Source of the DNA: Trueperaceae bacterium
GTDB taxonomy: Bacteria; Deinococcota; Deinococci; Deinococcales; Trueperaceae
Direction of reading: 5' to 3'
Length of the DNA: 64,000 nucleotides
Assembly: GCA_040905465.1 (NCBI GenBank)
Contig: JBBDRK010000036.1
Location: forward strand, 73,244 to 137,243
The position numbers and the translations under genes are program-made. The notes below the pieces were generated by a model, which saw only the letters and a list, made by a program, of their open reading frames with translations, did not search any database and had not been told where the DNA came from. Shown in pieces: positions 1 to 9,420 of the stretch. Every line of letters starts with the position of its first letter. The first letter of the stretch is position 1.

Positions 1-656
1 TGTTGGCAGGCGGCTGGTGGACGCGCCGCCGACCGGCGGAACTGCGCGCCGCTCCCGTGCTCTTCGCAGCCCTCGGTTCGGGCTTCATGCTGGTCGAGAT
101 AACGGTTCTGCAGCGAACCCAGCTCCTGATCGGACATCCGGCGCTGGCGCTGGCGGCGATCCTGGCCGCCCTCCTGCTGGGCGCGGCAACCGGTTCCGGT
201 TTGGCGAGCCGTGCCGCGGGCGGCCGCGAATACCCGTGGGTGGCGAGGGCCGCCGGAGCTACGGCACTCCTCGTGCTGGCATGGCTCTTCGCCTGGCCCG
301 CCGCCGCTGACGCGATGGGCTCACTGTCGCCTGTGTCGGCGTCCCTCGGCTCGGCGCTCTCGATACTGCCGCTGGCGGTGATGATCGGCGCGCCTTTTCC
401 GCTGGCGTTGCGCTCGATCGGCCGCCACGGTCCGCGCGAAGTGGCGCTCGCCTGGGCCATGAACGGCGTCGCCACGGTTGCCGGAGCGGTCGCCGCGACC
501 GCCCTCGCCATCGTATTCGGATTCTCGGCGGCACTGGCAACCGCGGCGATTATCTACGCCGTGACCGCCATGACCGCCTGGCTCCTGACCAGGCAACGCG
601 CTTCGCCGTCCGGCTACGGCTCTACCAGCACGCTGCCCGCCTCCAGCGACTTCTGA
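1..656 (+). CDS. C-terminal part of a multi-TM membrane protein (spermidine-synthase-like membrane family); 5' end outside the window
   Basis: Hydrophobic helices with GFMLVEI..LQR..L.IGHP and AWAMNG motifs; open at the window edge. Confidence 0.55.
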   Translation, partial: LAGGWWTRRRPAELRAAPVLFAALGSGFMLVEITVLQRTQLLIGHPALALAAILAALLLGAATGSGLASRAAGGREYPWVARAAGATALLVLAWLFAWPAAADAMGSLSPVSASLGSALSILPLAVMIGAPFPLALRSIGRHGPREVALAWAMNGVATVAGAVAATALAIVFGFSAALATAAIIYAVTAMTAWLLTRQRASPSGYGSTSTLPASSDF

Positions 657-1615
657 GCAGCCAGGCAGAGCGCCACCGCCGCACAGCCGTCCTCGGCCGT
701 GGCCGGCGTTGGCCCCCATCCGTAGATAGCCGCCAGGAACGCCCTGGTCTGCCGCGGCACGTCGAAGGCATGTCCGGTCTCCCGCGATAGCGGCACGACC
801 TCGGTCCCGCCAGAGTCGTGACGAGTGAGGCTCACCACCGGTTCCGGGTCCATGTCGGACTTACCGCGCCAGGAGGCGCGAAGAGCACCCTCCTCGGCTA
901 TCAGCATGAGCGTCACCTGGTGTCCGAACGCCGCTATCGAGCGCGTGACCCAGGAACGCCCGTCCGATTCGTGCTCGAGCCTTATCTCCAGGTTCTCCCA
1001 CAGGTCCTCGCGGCCGGCCCGGCTGCTGCCCCATGCCTGCACGCCCGCGACCGGCCCTAGGTACCAGCGCGCCAGGTCGAGATAGTGGATCGGTTCCTCG
1101 AGTATCGTCGATCCCAGCTTGCCCGGGTCGGACTTCCAGCCCCCAGAACCGGAGCGGTAGGGCCGCCGCCACAGGTCGAGCTTCAGATGCAGCGGCGCCC
1201 CCAGGTCACCAGAATCCACGATCCGCCTTACCTCGGCGAAGAGACCGAAGACCCGCATCTCGTGGCCCACCGCAACCAGCCGCCCGGTCCTCTCGCCGGC
1301 GTCCAGGACCTCTCGACATTCGGCGTTGCTCAACGCCATCGGCTTCTCGATCAGCACGTGCCTTCCGCTCGCGAGGACAGCGAGCGCATGGCCGGCGTGG
1401 AGGTAGTTGGGGCTGGCGACGATAACGGCCTCGCTCGCTATCCCCAGGAAGGCGTCCAGATCGGTTTCCACGGGAACGCGCCACTCCTGGCGCAACCGCT
1501 CGGCGCTGCTCTCGCTCTCGACCAGGACTGCCGCGAGCTCGCCGCCGACGGCTCGCAACGCGTTGCGGTGAACGGCCCCCCAGCGTCCGCCGCCGATGAG
1601 CCCGACTCGGGTCAC
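614..1615 (-). CDS. Gfo/Idh/MocA family oxidoreductase
   Basis: GLIGGGRWG Rossmann motif; ASPNYLH and HVLIEKPMA motifs. Confidence 0.9.
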   Translation of the reverse strand: MTRVGLIGGGRWGAVHRNALRAVGGELAAVLVESESSAERLRQEWRVPVETDLDAFLGIASEAVIVASPNYLHAGHALAVLASGRHVLIEKPMALSNAECREVLDAGERTGRLVAVGHEMRVFGLFAEVRRIVDSGDLGAPLHLKLDLWRRPYRSGSGGWKSDPGKLGSTILEEPIHYLDLARWYLGPVAGVQAWGSSRAGREDLWENLEIRLEHESDGRSWVTRSIAAFGHQVTLMLIAEEGALRASWRGKSDMDPEPVVSLTRHDSGGTEVVPLSRETGHAFDVPRQTRAFLAAIYGWGPTPATAEDGCAAVALCLAAQKSLEAGSVLVEP

Positions 1616-2682
1616 GGCGACGGCGCCCCATCAGCCGGAGTGAGCGAACCGAGCAGTTCGGGATGCACGTCGCAACGCCCTTCCACCGAACCGAGAACGG
1701 CCAACGAGATACGCAATGCCGCTATGCCGTCGTCGATCGTCGCCAGCCTGCCGAACAGCGGGTCGCCGCTATCGGCCGCTGCCGGATCTCCCCTGATCTC
1801 GGCGGCGAAGGCGTCGATCTCGGCCCGCCACGGATCCAGGTCCCCGCTGCTCCATCTGGTTACGCCGTCGGCGCCGTGCAGGCTTACCTCATCGGGCCAG
1901 TCCACGCTCAGCAGTCCGTTTGGCCCAATATAGCTGTGGCGCTCGATCGGAACGATCCCGCTGGGCAACCCCCACGAAACCTGCACCTGCCCCACTCCGC
2001 CGCAGGGATACGCAAGCGTCAGGTGGGCGCTGTCGAGAGCCTTGCGCGCGATACTGGCCACCTCGGGCTTCTGTTCGCTGAACGTGTAGCCGTGCGCTCG
2101 GACAACCAGCGGCGGCTCGCCGAAGAGCAGGCCCCACTGATCGAAGATGTGGCAGCACATGTCGATGATGGGACCGCCGTTGGCGGCGGCGTCGTGCATC
2201 AGCAGCTTCGGGCGCACCCCGGCGGCGATAGTGGCCTGGGCCAGGAGCGGCCGGCCGATGCTTCGGCTGAATGCCAGAATCCGCTGCCAGGCGGGATCGA
2301 AGCGGCGCATGAATCCGATCCGCAACACTGTGGCGGAGTCCGCCGCCGCTTCCTTCATAGCCAGCGCCTCCTCCAACGTGAGGGCCGCCGGTTTCTCGCA
2401 CAGCACATGCTTGCCGGCTTGCAGGGCGGCTATCGTGTGCGCGGCATGCAGGAAGGTGGGGGTGCAGACCGATACCGCCTCTACCTCGGCCAGGGCCAGA
2501 CCATCCTCGATCTGGCCGAGCGCTCGGGCACCGTGCCGGGCGGCCAGGACTTCCGCCCGAATGCGGTCGGGGTCGAATACCGCAGCTATCCGGCCACCGC
2601 ACTCCTTCCAGTGTCGGGCATGCCGCGTTCCCATCTCGCCGGCGCCAAGCACCATGACCCCCGGGGAAGCCGGACCGGTCAT
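1612..2682 (-). CDS. Gfo/Idh/MocA family oxidoreductase
   Basis: LGAGEMG, CTPTFLH, HVLCEKP, GFMRRFDP; start at the ATG overlapping the upstream stop (ATGA). Confidence 0.9.
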   Translation of the reverse strand: MTGPASPGVMVLGAGEMGTRHARHWKECGGRIAAVFDPDRIRAEVLAARHGARALGQIEDGLALAEVEAVSVCTPTFLHAAHTIAALQAGKHVLCEKPAALTLEEALAMKEAAADSATVLRIGFMRRFDPAWQRILAFSRSIGRPLLAQATIAAGVRPKLLMHDAAANGGPIIDMCCHIFDQWGLLFGEPPLVVRAHGYTFSEQKPEVASIARKALDSAHLTLAYPCGGVGQVQVSWGLPSGIVPIERHSYIGPNGLLSVDWPDEVSLHGADGVTRWSSGDLDPWRAEIDAFAAEIRGDPAAADSGDPLFGRLATIDDGIAALRISLAVLGSVEGRCDVHPELLGSLTPADGAPSP

Positions 2683-3755
2683 GAGCCGTACCTGCGGTGC
2701 CAGCCGCGGCCGCCCAGCTCCAGTGCGGCCGCACCACGGTAGCGCGGATGGGAGAACCATGGTCGTCCCGAGTCCGCCAGGCCGGCGATCGAGCGGAGGA
2801 ACGGCAACGACTCGCTCTCCAGCTTCGCGCGCACGGCCGGGAGGTCGGGGTACGGTTCGAGCGCGCCGAACCAGACCGCCCGGCCGGCCAGGAAGCCGCT
2901 CGCTCCAGCGGCGATGGCGAGCTCGATATCGACAGCGAACTCGCGTTGGCCCACGCCGGCCGACAGCAGCACCCATGGAACGGGACAGGACTCGTCCAAC
3001 TCGCGCAGGCACGCTTCCACTTCGGCAAGCCGGTATGCGACCGGCCGCTCGCGGCCGTCGAAGGCGCCTCCGGCGAACTCACGGGTGTGCTTGAGGTCGG
3101 CCGGGAACTCGAGCTTGAAGAGATCCACGCCGAAGCGGTCCTCGGCGAAGTGCCGTAATGATGCCAGCACCCGCTGCGGCTTGAGCCTGGCGTAGTCGAG
3201 CCCGTCGCTGCGCTCGTCTCCCTTGGGGTAGAGCAGCAGTTCCAGGATGAACGGGATGTCGTGCTCTCGGCAGGCCGCACCTACGCCTTCGACGAACGCG
3301 TCCTGGTGTGCGGCCGCCGCGGCGGACAGGTCGGGCCGGTGATAGGCGAGCACCTTCACCCCCGACGCTCCGCTGCGCTTTATCTTGGCCACGCTCCAGC
3401 CCTCTATCGGCACCGAGTAGCGCTCTCCGCCCTTTTCCTCGAATGCGTAGTCCTCCAGGGTCGAGACGAGCCCTACCCGACCGGGGATGAAAGCCAGGGC
3501 GTCCGGGTGCGCCCAGATGGGATCAACCAGGATGGCGCTGGCGTGGGAAGCGAGTCCGGCGACCAGCAGCGTCTTGACGGCGGCGATCTCCTCGTCGCGA
3601 ACGTCCTCGAGGCGCCTCTCGCCGTGGCGGGCAAGGGCCCGGAACAGGGGCGGACGCTGATCGACGGCCACCATCTTGAAGAGCCCGCGGTCGTCCGCGA
3701 GCGTCTGCAGGCAGCGGAATTTGCCGGCGCTCAGAAGCGCCTTCGGCTGGCTCAT
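2679..3755 (-). CDS. Class I aldolase, tagatose-1,6-bisphosphate (LacD) / sulfofructose-phosphate aldolase family
   Basis: AVDQR, FILELL, DLFKLEFP, PWVLLSAGV, GASGFLAGRAVW; GAGGAG RBS before ATG 3755. Confidence 0.85.
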   Translation of the reverse strand: MSQPKALLSAGKFRCLQTLADDRGLFKMVAVDQRPPLFRALARHGERRLEDVRDEEIAAVKTLLVAGLASHASAILVDPIWAHPDALAFIPGRVGLVSTLEDYAFEEKGGERYSVPIEGWSVAKIKRSGASGVKVLAYHRPDLSAAAAAHQDAFVEGVGAACREHDIPFILELLLYPKGDERSDGLDYARLKPQRVLASLRHFAEDRFGVDLFKLEFPADLKHTREFAGGAFDGRERPVAYRLAEVEACLRELDESCPVPWVLLSAGVGQREFAVDIELAIAAGASGFLAGRAVWFGALEPYPDLPAVRAKLESESLPFLRSIAGLADSGRPWFSHPRYRGAAALELGGRGWHRRYGS

Positions 3756-3792
3756 GGTGCTCTCCTCGGTTTCGCCTGCGCAGCGCGCGAAG

Positions 3793-4770
3793 TCATCGGG
3801 CACGCCTCGGCGCTGAAGCCTGAGTCGGTCGGGCCGGGCGCTCCTTCAGCGCCTGCTCGACCTCGACCAACGTGGGTATGGCGGAGCGCCCCACCCCGGT
3901 GCACGACAGTGCCGCGCAGACGAGCGCCAGCTCGGCGCAGCGCTCCGGTCCCCAACCCGACGCCATCCCGAACGCGTAGGCGCCGTGGAACACGTCACCG
4001 GCGCCGGTAGTGTCGACCGCCTCGACCTCGTGGGCGGGAAGGTAGTGCACTCCGGCGCCGGCGTCGTAAAGATACCCTTCCGTGCCCAGCGTCACTCCCA
4101 CGTACTGACCAGGCCGCCAGCGCATTGCGGCCAGGGCGGACTCGGGATCGGACCGGCCCAGCACCTCGCGCGCGCACTCTTCCGAGGCGATGACCACGTC
4201 CAGCCCCTCGCTTTCCTCCCAGTAGCGGGCGGTTCCCAAGTCGCCGATGCTCGGTACGCCTCGTGCGGCGGCCCAGTCGAGGGCCGCCCGGCACAGGTTC
4301 GGATGCCGGAAATCGACCAATAGCGCGCCCGGCGGCGGCGAAGTCACGGACGCCGGCGGCCGGTCGTCGAGGCCGGAACCGCGATAGGGAAAGATGTAGC
4401 GCTCGCCGTCGGGGGCCACCAGCACTCCGCTGACCCAGGAGACCGCTCCGGGCGTCACCCGTACGCCGCTGGTGTCCACTCCCAGCCGCTCGAGCTCCGC
4501 CAGCGCGAACCGTCCGGCCGGGTCGTCTCCGTGCAACGCCCACAGGTGCGGGCGTCCCCCCAGCCTGGCGACAGTCACGGCCGCCGTGGCAGCCGGACCG
4601 CCACCCTGCAAGCGATATCCGCTCGCGTCGGTCCGCGATCCCGCCGGCGGAAATCTCTCCACCTGCCAGATGTGATCCACACAGGAGAGTCCGGCGCAGA
4701 GCACGACCGGGGAGGCGGCTTCGGGCACAATCGCGTTTCGCTCAGCGGGAGTATCCACCGTTGCCGCCAC
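3793..4770 (-). CDS. PfkB family carbohydrate kinase (YihV/sulfofructose-kinase-like)
   Basis: GGGPAATAAV..ARLG and DTTGAGDVFHGA PfkB signatures. Confidence 0.88.
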   Translation of the reverse strand: MAATVDTPAERNAIVPEAASPVVLCAGLSCVDHIWQVERFPPAGSRTDASGYRLQGGGPAATAAVTVARLGGRPHLWALHGDDPAGRFALAELERLGVDTSGVRVTPGAVSWVSGVLVAPDGERYIFPYRGSGLDDRPPASVTSPPPGALLVDFRHPNLCRAALDWAAARGVPSIGDLGTARYWEESEGLDVVIASEECAREVLGRSDPESALAAMRWRPGQYVGVTLGTEGYLYDAGAGVHYLPAHEVEAVDTTGAGDVFHGAYAFGMASGWGPERCAELALVCAALSCTGVGRSAIPTLVEVEQALKERPARPTQASAPRRAR

Positions 4771-4967
4771 GATACCAGTGCCGCGGCCCGAAACCCTTGC
4801 CCGCCCACCGGCGGCGTGCTAGTTTCATGCCATCGACAATCGAAATGGCCCGTACTCGCCGAGACGCGGGTGCGGATCGCCATCTGCGCTCAAGTAGCCG
4901 CCGGCAACACACCGGCCTTCAGCGACCGCCCCACAGGATCGCGTGGCCGGCACGAGAAGGAGGAACG

Positions 4968-6227
4968 ATGAGACGACGACAGTTCACCATTGTGGCGATG
5001 CTGATCCTCGTGCTGTTGGTCCCGCTGGCGTCGGCCCAAGCGCTCCGGGTTTTCATCGGCTCGACGCTGAGGCCCGACGTGATCGGTCCCATCCTCGAAC
5101 AGTTCACTGCCGAGACCGGCATCGACACCGAACTCGAACTGGGCGGAGCGACGACCGACGTTCGCCAGCAATACCTCTCAACTGTGCTCACCAGCCGCAG
5201 TGGAGAGATAGACGTGTTCCTGTTCGACGTGATCGATCCGCCCCAGTACGCCGCCACGGGCTGGGCCGAGCCGCTCAACGATTACTTCGATGGCGAGGCG
5301 GAGATGCGGGAGTTTCTCGACCCGTACCTCGACGGCACCGTGCAGGCGAACCTGGTCGACGGCACGCTCTACGGCATCCCTGCCTGGACCGACGCCCAGT
5401 TCCTCTACTACCGGACCGACCTGCTGGAGAAGTACGGATTCGAGCCGCCGAGCACCTGGAGCGAGCTGAAGCAACAGGCGCTGGTCATCCAGGAGGGCGA
5501 AGGCGATCCGAACCTGCAGGGCTTCAACTACCAGGGCGCGGCCATCGAGGGCGCCAACTGCACCTTCCTCGAGCCGCTGTGGAGCGCCGGCGGCGACTGG
5601 CGCGACAGCGACGGGAACATCACCGTCGACAGCCCGGAGGGGCGAATGGTGCTCGACTGGTATCAGGAGACCATGGACTCCGGCATCACTCCGAGCAACA
5701 TCGCGGAAGTGGCCACAGACGACTCGCGCCAGCAGTTCCAGGCCGGCGACGTTGTGTACATGCTGAACTGGGGTTACGCCTGGGCGCACTTCCAGGGCGA
5801 GGAGAGCCCGGTCAGGGGCATGGTCGGGGTGGCGCCGTTGCCCGCCTTCGAGGGGGGCCAGTCGGCCACCTGCGTGGGCGGATTCCAGTGGGCAATGAAC
5901 CCGTTCAGCGACAACAAGGCGGATGCGTTCGAGCTCATGAAGTACATGGCCAGTGAAGACAGCCAGCGCACCCTGGCGGTCGAAGCCAGCCACATCCCGG
6001 CGCGCGACAGCCTCTACGGCGACGACGCCGTACTCGAGGCCGCGCCGCACTTCGAGCAGTTCCATGACGTCATCGTCAACGCCCGGCCGCGACCGCAGAC
6101 CGAGTTCTACAGCGAGGTGAGCGAGCTGATTCGCACCACCATGAACGCCTTCCTGGCGCAGGCGATGGACGCCGACGAAGCGCTCGACACCATGCAGACG
6201 GGCCTCGAAGACATATTCGGACTCTGA
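4968..6227 (+). CDS. Sugar ABC transporter substrate-binding protein
   Basis: AAGGAGG RBS; signal peptide MRRRQFTIV..ASAQA; LYYRTDLLEKYG..PPSTW motif. Confidence 0.9.
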   Translation: MRRRQFTIVAMLILVLLVPLASAQALRVFIGSTLRPDVIGPILEQFTAETGIDTELELGGATTDVRQQYLSTVLTSRSGEIDVFLFDVIDPPQYAATGWAEPLNDYFDGEAEMREFLDPYLDGTVQANLVDGTLYGIPAWTDAQFLYYRTDLLEKYGFEPPSTWSELKQQALVIQEGEGDPNLQGFNYQGAAIEGANCTFLEPLWSAGGDWRDSDGNITVDSPEGRMVLDWYQETMDSGITPSNIAEVATDDSRQQFQAGDVVYMLNWGYAWAHFQGEESPVRGMVGVAPLPAFEGGQSATCVGGFQWAMNPFSDNKADAFELMKYMASEDSQRTLAVEASHIPARDSLYGDDAVLEAAPHFEQFHDVIVNARPRPQTEFYSEVSELIRTTMNAFLAQAMDADEALDTMQTGLEDIFGL

Positions 6228-6243
6228 GGGCAGCACCCGGAGT

Positions 6244-6268
6244 CGGGGGCGCGGCTTCCGCGCCCCCG
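6244..6268 (+). terminator. Intercistronic GC-rich hairpin after the binding-protein gene
   Basis: CGGGGGCGCGG-CTT-CCGCGCCCCCG, perfect 11-bp stem. Confidence 0.6.
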
Positions 6269-6273
6269 TTCTG

Positions 6274-7374
6274 ATGGCGGCTACGTCGGCACCCTACCGC
6301 CGGCCCGGCCCCTTGCAGCGGTTGCTGCGTGGCAACCCGAGCGAGACTCAACTCGCCTGGCTGCTGCTGTTGCCGGCACTGCTGACCCTGGCAGTGGTGA
6401 TGCTCTACCCGGTACTCAACGTAGTCTGGCAATCGCTCCACTTCGAACGGCTGAACCTGCCACAACGAGGCACGCCGTTCATCGGGCTGGAAAACTTCCG
6501 CGACATGCTGTGGGGCCGGAGCATGACCTGGGGCCCCGGTCACCTGTGGGGCTGGCGGATCGCCGGACTGGCGGCGCTTGCTCCGGTCTGGTGGGCGCTG
6601 CCTTGGCGCCGGGCGCTGCCGTGGACGGTGCTGATCCTCCTGGTGTTCGCCCTCCTGCTCGGCTTCCACCCCGGCGAGGACGGCCGCTGGAACGACCGGC
6701 GTTTCTGGGGCTCCTTTCGGATCACCATGCTGATAATTATGGTCAGCGTGATCGGCTCGTTCCTGGTGGGCCTGCCGCTGGCGCTGCTGGCTAACGTGTC
6801 GTCGCGCTGGCGCTGGCTGGTTCGGGTGGCGCTGCTCCTGCCCTGGGCGATGCCGCGGGTGTTCGCCGGGCTCACCTTCGCCTGGCTGTTCCAGAGCCGC
6901 TACGGGGTGGTAAACGACCTGATCGGCCAGATCGGCCTGACCGGGCCCCTGTGGCTCGCCCGGGTGACCCCGGCGGTGATCGCCGTCAACCTGGCGATAG
7001 TCTGGAAGACCTCCTCGTTCGTGGGCCTGATCCTCCTGGCCGGCCTGCAGTCGATCGACCGCAGCCTCTACGAAGCCGCCACCGTCGACGGCGCCAACGC
7101 CTGGCAGCGCTTCTGGCGCATAACTCTGCCGCTTTTGCGGCCGGCCATCGCAGTGGCCCTGATCTTCCGGACGCTGACCGCGGTGCAGACCTTCGACATT
7201 CCCTACGCCATGACCCGAGGCGGGCCCGGCAGGTCGCTGGAAACCCTCGGAATCTACATCTACAACAGCACGCTGGCGCTCAATATCGGCTACGCCGCGG
7301 CCCTCTCGGTGGTCTTGTTCCTGCTCAGCCTCTCGATCACCGTCATCTATCTCCGCTGGCTCTACCGCGAATGA
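6274..7374 (+). CDS. Sugar ABC transporter permease (MalF-like)
   Basis: FIGLENF; EAA loop LYEAATVDGA..WQRFWRITLPLL. Confidence 0.92.
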   Translation: MAATSAPYRRPGPLQRLLRGNPSETQLAWLLLLPALLTLAVVMLYPVLNVVWQSLHFERLNLPQRGTPFIGLENFRDMLWGRSMTWGPGHLWGWRIAGLAALAPVWWALPWRRALPWTVLILLVFALLLGFHPGEDGRWNDRRFWGSFRITMLIIMVSVIGSFLVGLPLALLANVSSRWRWLVRVALLLPWAMPRVFAGLTFAWLFQSRYGVVNDLIGQIGLTGPLWLARVTPAVIAVNLAIVWKTSSFVGLILLAGLQSIDRSLYEAATVDGANAWQRFWRITLPLLRPAIAVALIFRTLTAVQTFDIPYAMTRGGPGRSLETLGIYIYNSTLALNIGYAAALSVVLFLLSLSITVIYLRWLYRE

Positions 7375-8237
7375 ACCGCCCTCCGTCCCGCTTCGCCCGG
7401 CTTCTCCTCGGATTCGGCCTGCTGCTGGTGATCGTAAACGGGCTGTTCCCGCCGTTGTGGCTCATCCTCACCTCGTTCAAGCGCGAGAACGAGCTTACCC
7501 GGCTGCCGATAACCTACTGGCCCGCCGACCCGACCCTTGCCAACTACGCAGCGGTTTTCACCGAGAACCCCTTCGGGCGGTTCATGCTCAACTCGGCAGT
7601 GGTCTCGGTTGCGGCCACGCTCGTCTGCGTGCTGTTCGCGGCGCTTGCGGGCTATGCGCTGGCGCGGCTGCGCCTGCCGGGACGGCGGGGCATCCTCACC
7701 GGGATAGTGGTGACCAGCATGTTTCCGGCCCTGGTGCTGCTGGTTCCGCTCTACCGGATGTTCGTGGGTTTCGAGATTCTGGGCCTGGGCTGGTTTACGC
7801 CCAACCTGCTCAACAGCTACTGGGCGCTGATCATCCCCTACGTCGCGCTGTCTTTGCCCATCGCCACACTGATCCTCACCAGCTTCTTCCAACTTATTCC
7901 CGACGAGCTGGAGAACGCCGCGGTAGTCGACGGTTGCAGCCGGCTGGGCGCCCTTTTTCGGGTAGTGGCGCCACTCTCCGCACCGGGCGTGGTTACGGCG
8001 GCCATCATCGTCTTCGTGAACTCCTGGAACGAGTTCCTGCTGGCGCTCACCTTCAACAGCGCACTGAGCATGCGGACCGTCCCGGTCGGCATCACCCTCT
8101 ACCAGGGCGAGTACTCTTTTCCCTGGGCGGTCATCAGCGCCGCCGTGACGCTGGGCATCCTGCCGCTGGTGGTGCTGATCATCTTCTTCCAGCAGCGGAT
8201 CATCAGCGGGCTGACCGCCGGCGGGGTGAAGGGGTAG
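7371..8237 (+). CDS. Sugar ABC transporter permease (MalG-like)
   Basis: IPDELENAAVVDG, SWNEFL, GLTAGGVKG C-terminus; ATGA overlap. Confidence 0.92.
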   Translation: MNRPPSRFARLLLGFGLLLVIVNGLFPPLWLILTSFKRENELTRLPITYWPADPTLANYAAVFTENPFGRFMLNSAVVSVAATLVCVLFAALAGYALARLRLPGRRGILTGIVVTSMFPALVLLVPLYRMFVGFEILGLGWFTPNLLNSYWALIIPYVALSLPIATLILTSFFQLIPDELENAAVVDGCSRLGALFRVVAPLSAPGVVTAAIIVFVNSWNEFLLALTFNSALSMRTVPVGITLYQGEYSFPWAVISAAVTLGILPLVVLIIFFQQRIISGLTAGGVKG

Positions 8238-8298
8238 CGGTTCCGATGCGACCCCGCTCCATTGTTGTTGCTCGAGGCGGACACAGCCCTGCCGAACA

Positions 8299-8333
8299 TG
8301 ATACCATCGACTCGCCATGACTGATACCATCAG
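8299..8333 (+). promoter_or_regulatory. Putative autoregulatory operator of the TA operon
   Basis: TGATACCATC at 8299-8308 and 8322-8331; the second copy is palindromic (CTGAT-ACC-ATCAG). Confidence 0.5.
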
Positions 8334-8889
8334 CGGTGGCGTTAGCCCCTCCGGCCGCTTCATGTTGAGGATCGCCCCGAGCCTGCACGCCAGCTTGCGC
8401 AAGGCTGCCCAGCAGGCTGGACTTTCACTCAACGACCTTTGCGCTCGCAGACTGGCGGCGCCCATAACCGACGCCGGCGGTCCGGGCGCGGCCATCGCCG
8501 CCCGCGCGGCCGGTCAGTTCGGCGATTCGCTATGCGGGGTAATCGCCCACGGTTCCTGGGCGCGGGACGAGCTCGCCAGCGACTCCGATGTCGACGTGCT
8601 GATCGTGGTGGACGACGAGGTGCGGATAACCCGCGATCTCTACCGAGCATGGGACGACCGGACCCTCACCTGGCACTCCCGTGACGTAGACGTTCACTTC
8701 GCGCACTCGCCGGGCAGCGGCGAGCAGCCTGGAGGGATATGGCTAGAGGTCGCGATCGACGGAGTCGTACTGTTCGACCGCGACCTGCGCCTGTCCCGTA
8801 CGCTTGCCGAAATCCGGTCGCTGGTAGCCGCCGGCAGAATAGCCAGGCACCGCGCCCACGGTCAGTCGTACTGGGTGGAGGCCCGCTGA
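8317..8889 (+). CDS. HicB-like RHH domain fused to a minimal nucleotidyltransferase (MNT antitoxin)
   Basis: SGRFMLRI.PSLH.SL...A...GLSLN RHH motif; HGSWAR....DSDVDVLIV nucleotidyltransferase motif. Confidence 0.8.
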   Translation: MTDTISGGVSPSGRFMLRIAPSLHASLRKAAQQAGLSLNDLCARRLAAPITDAGGPGAAIAARAAGQFGDSLCGVIAHGSWARDELASDSDVDVLIVVDDEVRITRDLYRAWDDRTLTWHSRDVDVHFAHSPGSGEQPGGIWLEVAIDGVVLFDRDLRLSRTLAEIRSLVAAGRIARHRAHGQSYWVEAR

Positions 8890-8891
8890 CG

Positions 8892-9311
8892 ATGCGCAAC
8901 CCCGACCTGGCTCGTGACCACCTGCGACGCGCCGAAGCGAGACTACGCGCCCTCGACGTCCTTTACGAGGCCGAAAGCTGGGCCGACGTAGTACGCGAGT
9001 CCCAGGAGATCGTCGAACTCACGCTCAAGGCCCTGCTCAGGGCTTCGCTCATCGAACCTCCGCGAGTCCACGACGTTTCCGACGTGCTCCGCGCCCATCG
9101 CGACAAGCTGCCGCATGCGCTCGCACACCAGATAGAAGCCCTGGCCGCGATCTCTCGTGACCTGCGCCGCGACCGGGAGCTCGCTTTCTGTGGGGCAGAG
9201 GACCTTACCCCCTCAGACTTCTATTCCCGCGAAGACGCCGAGAGCGCACGCGCCGGTGCCCGCAAGACCGTCGAGCTGGTAGCGCCTCATGTGGCGGGAG
9301 GTCCGGCGTAG
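8892..9311 (+). CDS. HEPN domain protein (toxin of an MNT-HEPN pair)
   Basis: SQEIVELTLKALL, PPRVHDV, RDRELAF; directly follows the MNT gene. Confidence 0.85.
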   Translation: MRNPDLARDHLRRAEARLRALDVLYEAESWADVVRESQEIVELTLKALLRASLIEPPRVHDVSDVLRAHRDKLPHALAHQIEALAAISRDLRRDRELAFCGAEDLTPSDFYSREDAESARAGARKTVELVAPHVAGGPA

Positions 9312-9420
9312 GCGGTAAAGCCATCGGCCAGGGAGGTGGTTGGCTTGGGAGGACCCGAAACGAAACCTTCGGTTCTCTCGCAAAGTCCCGCCGGCAATGA
9401 GGCGCACGGTAGTCTGAGGC

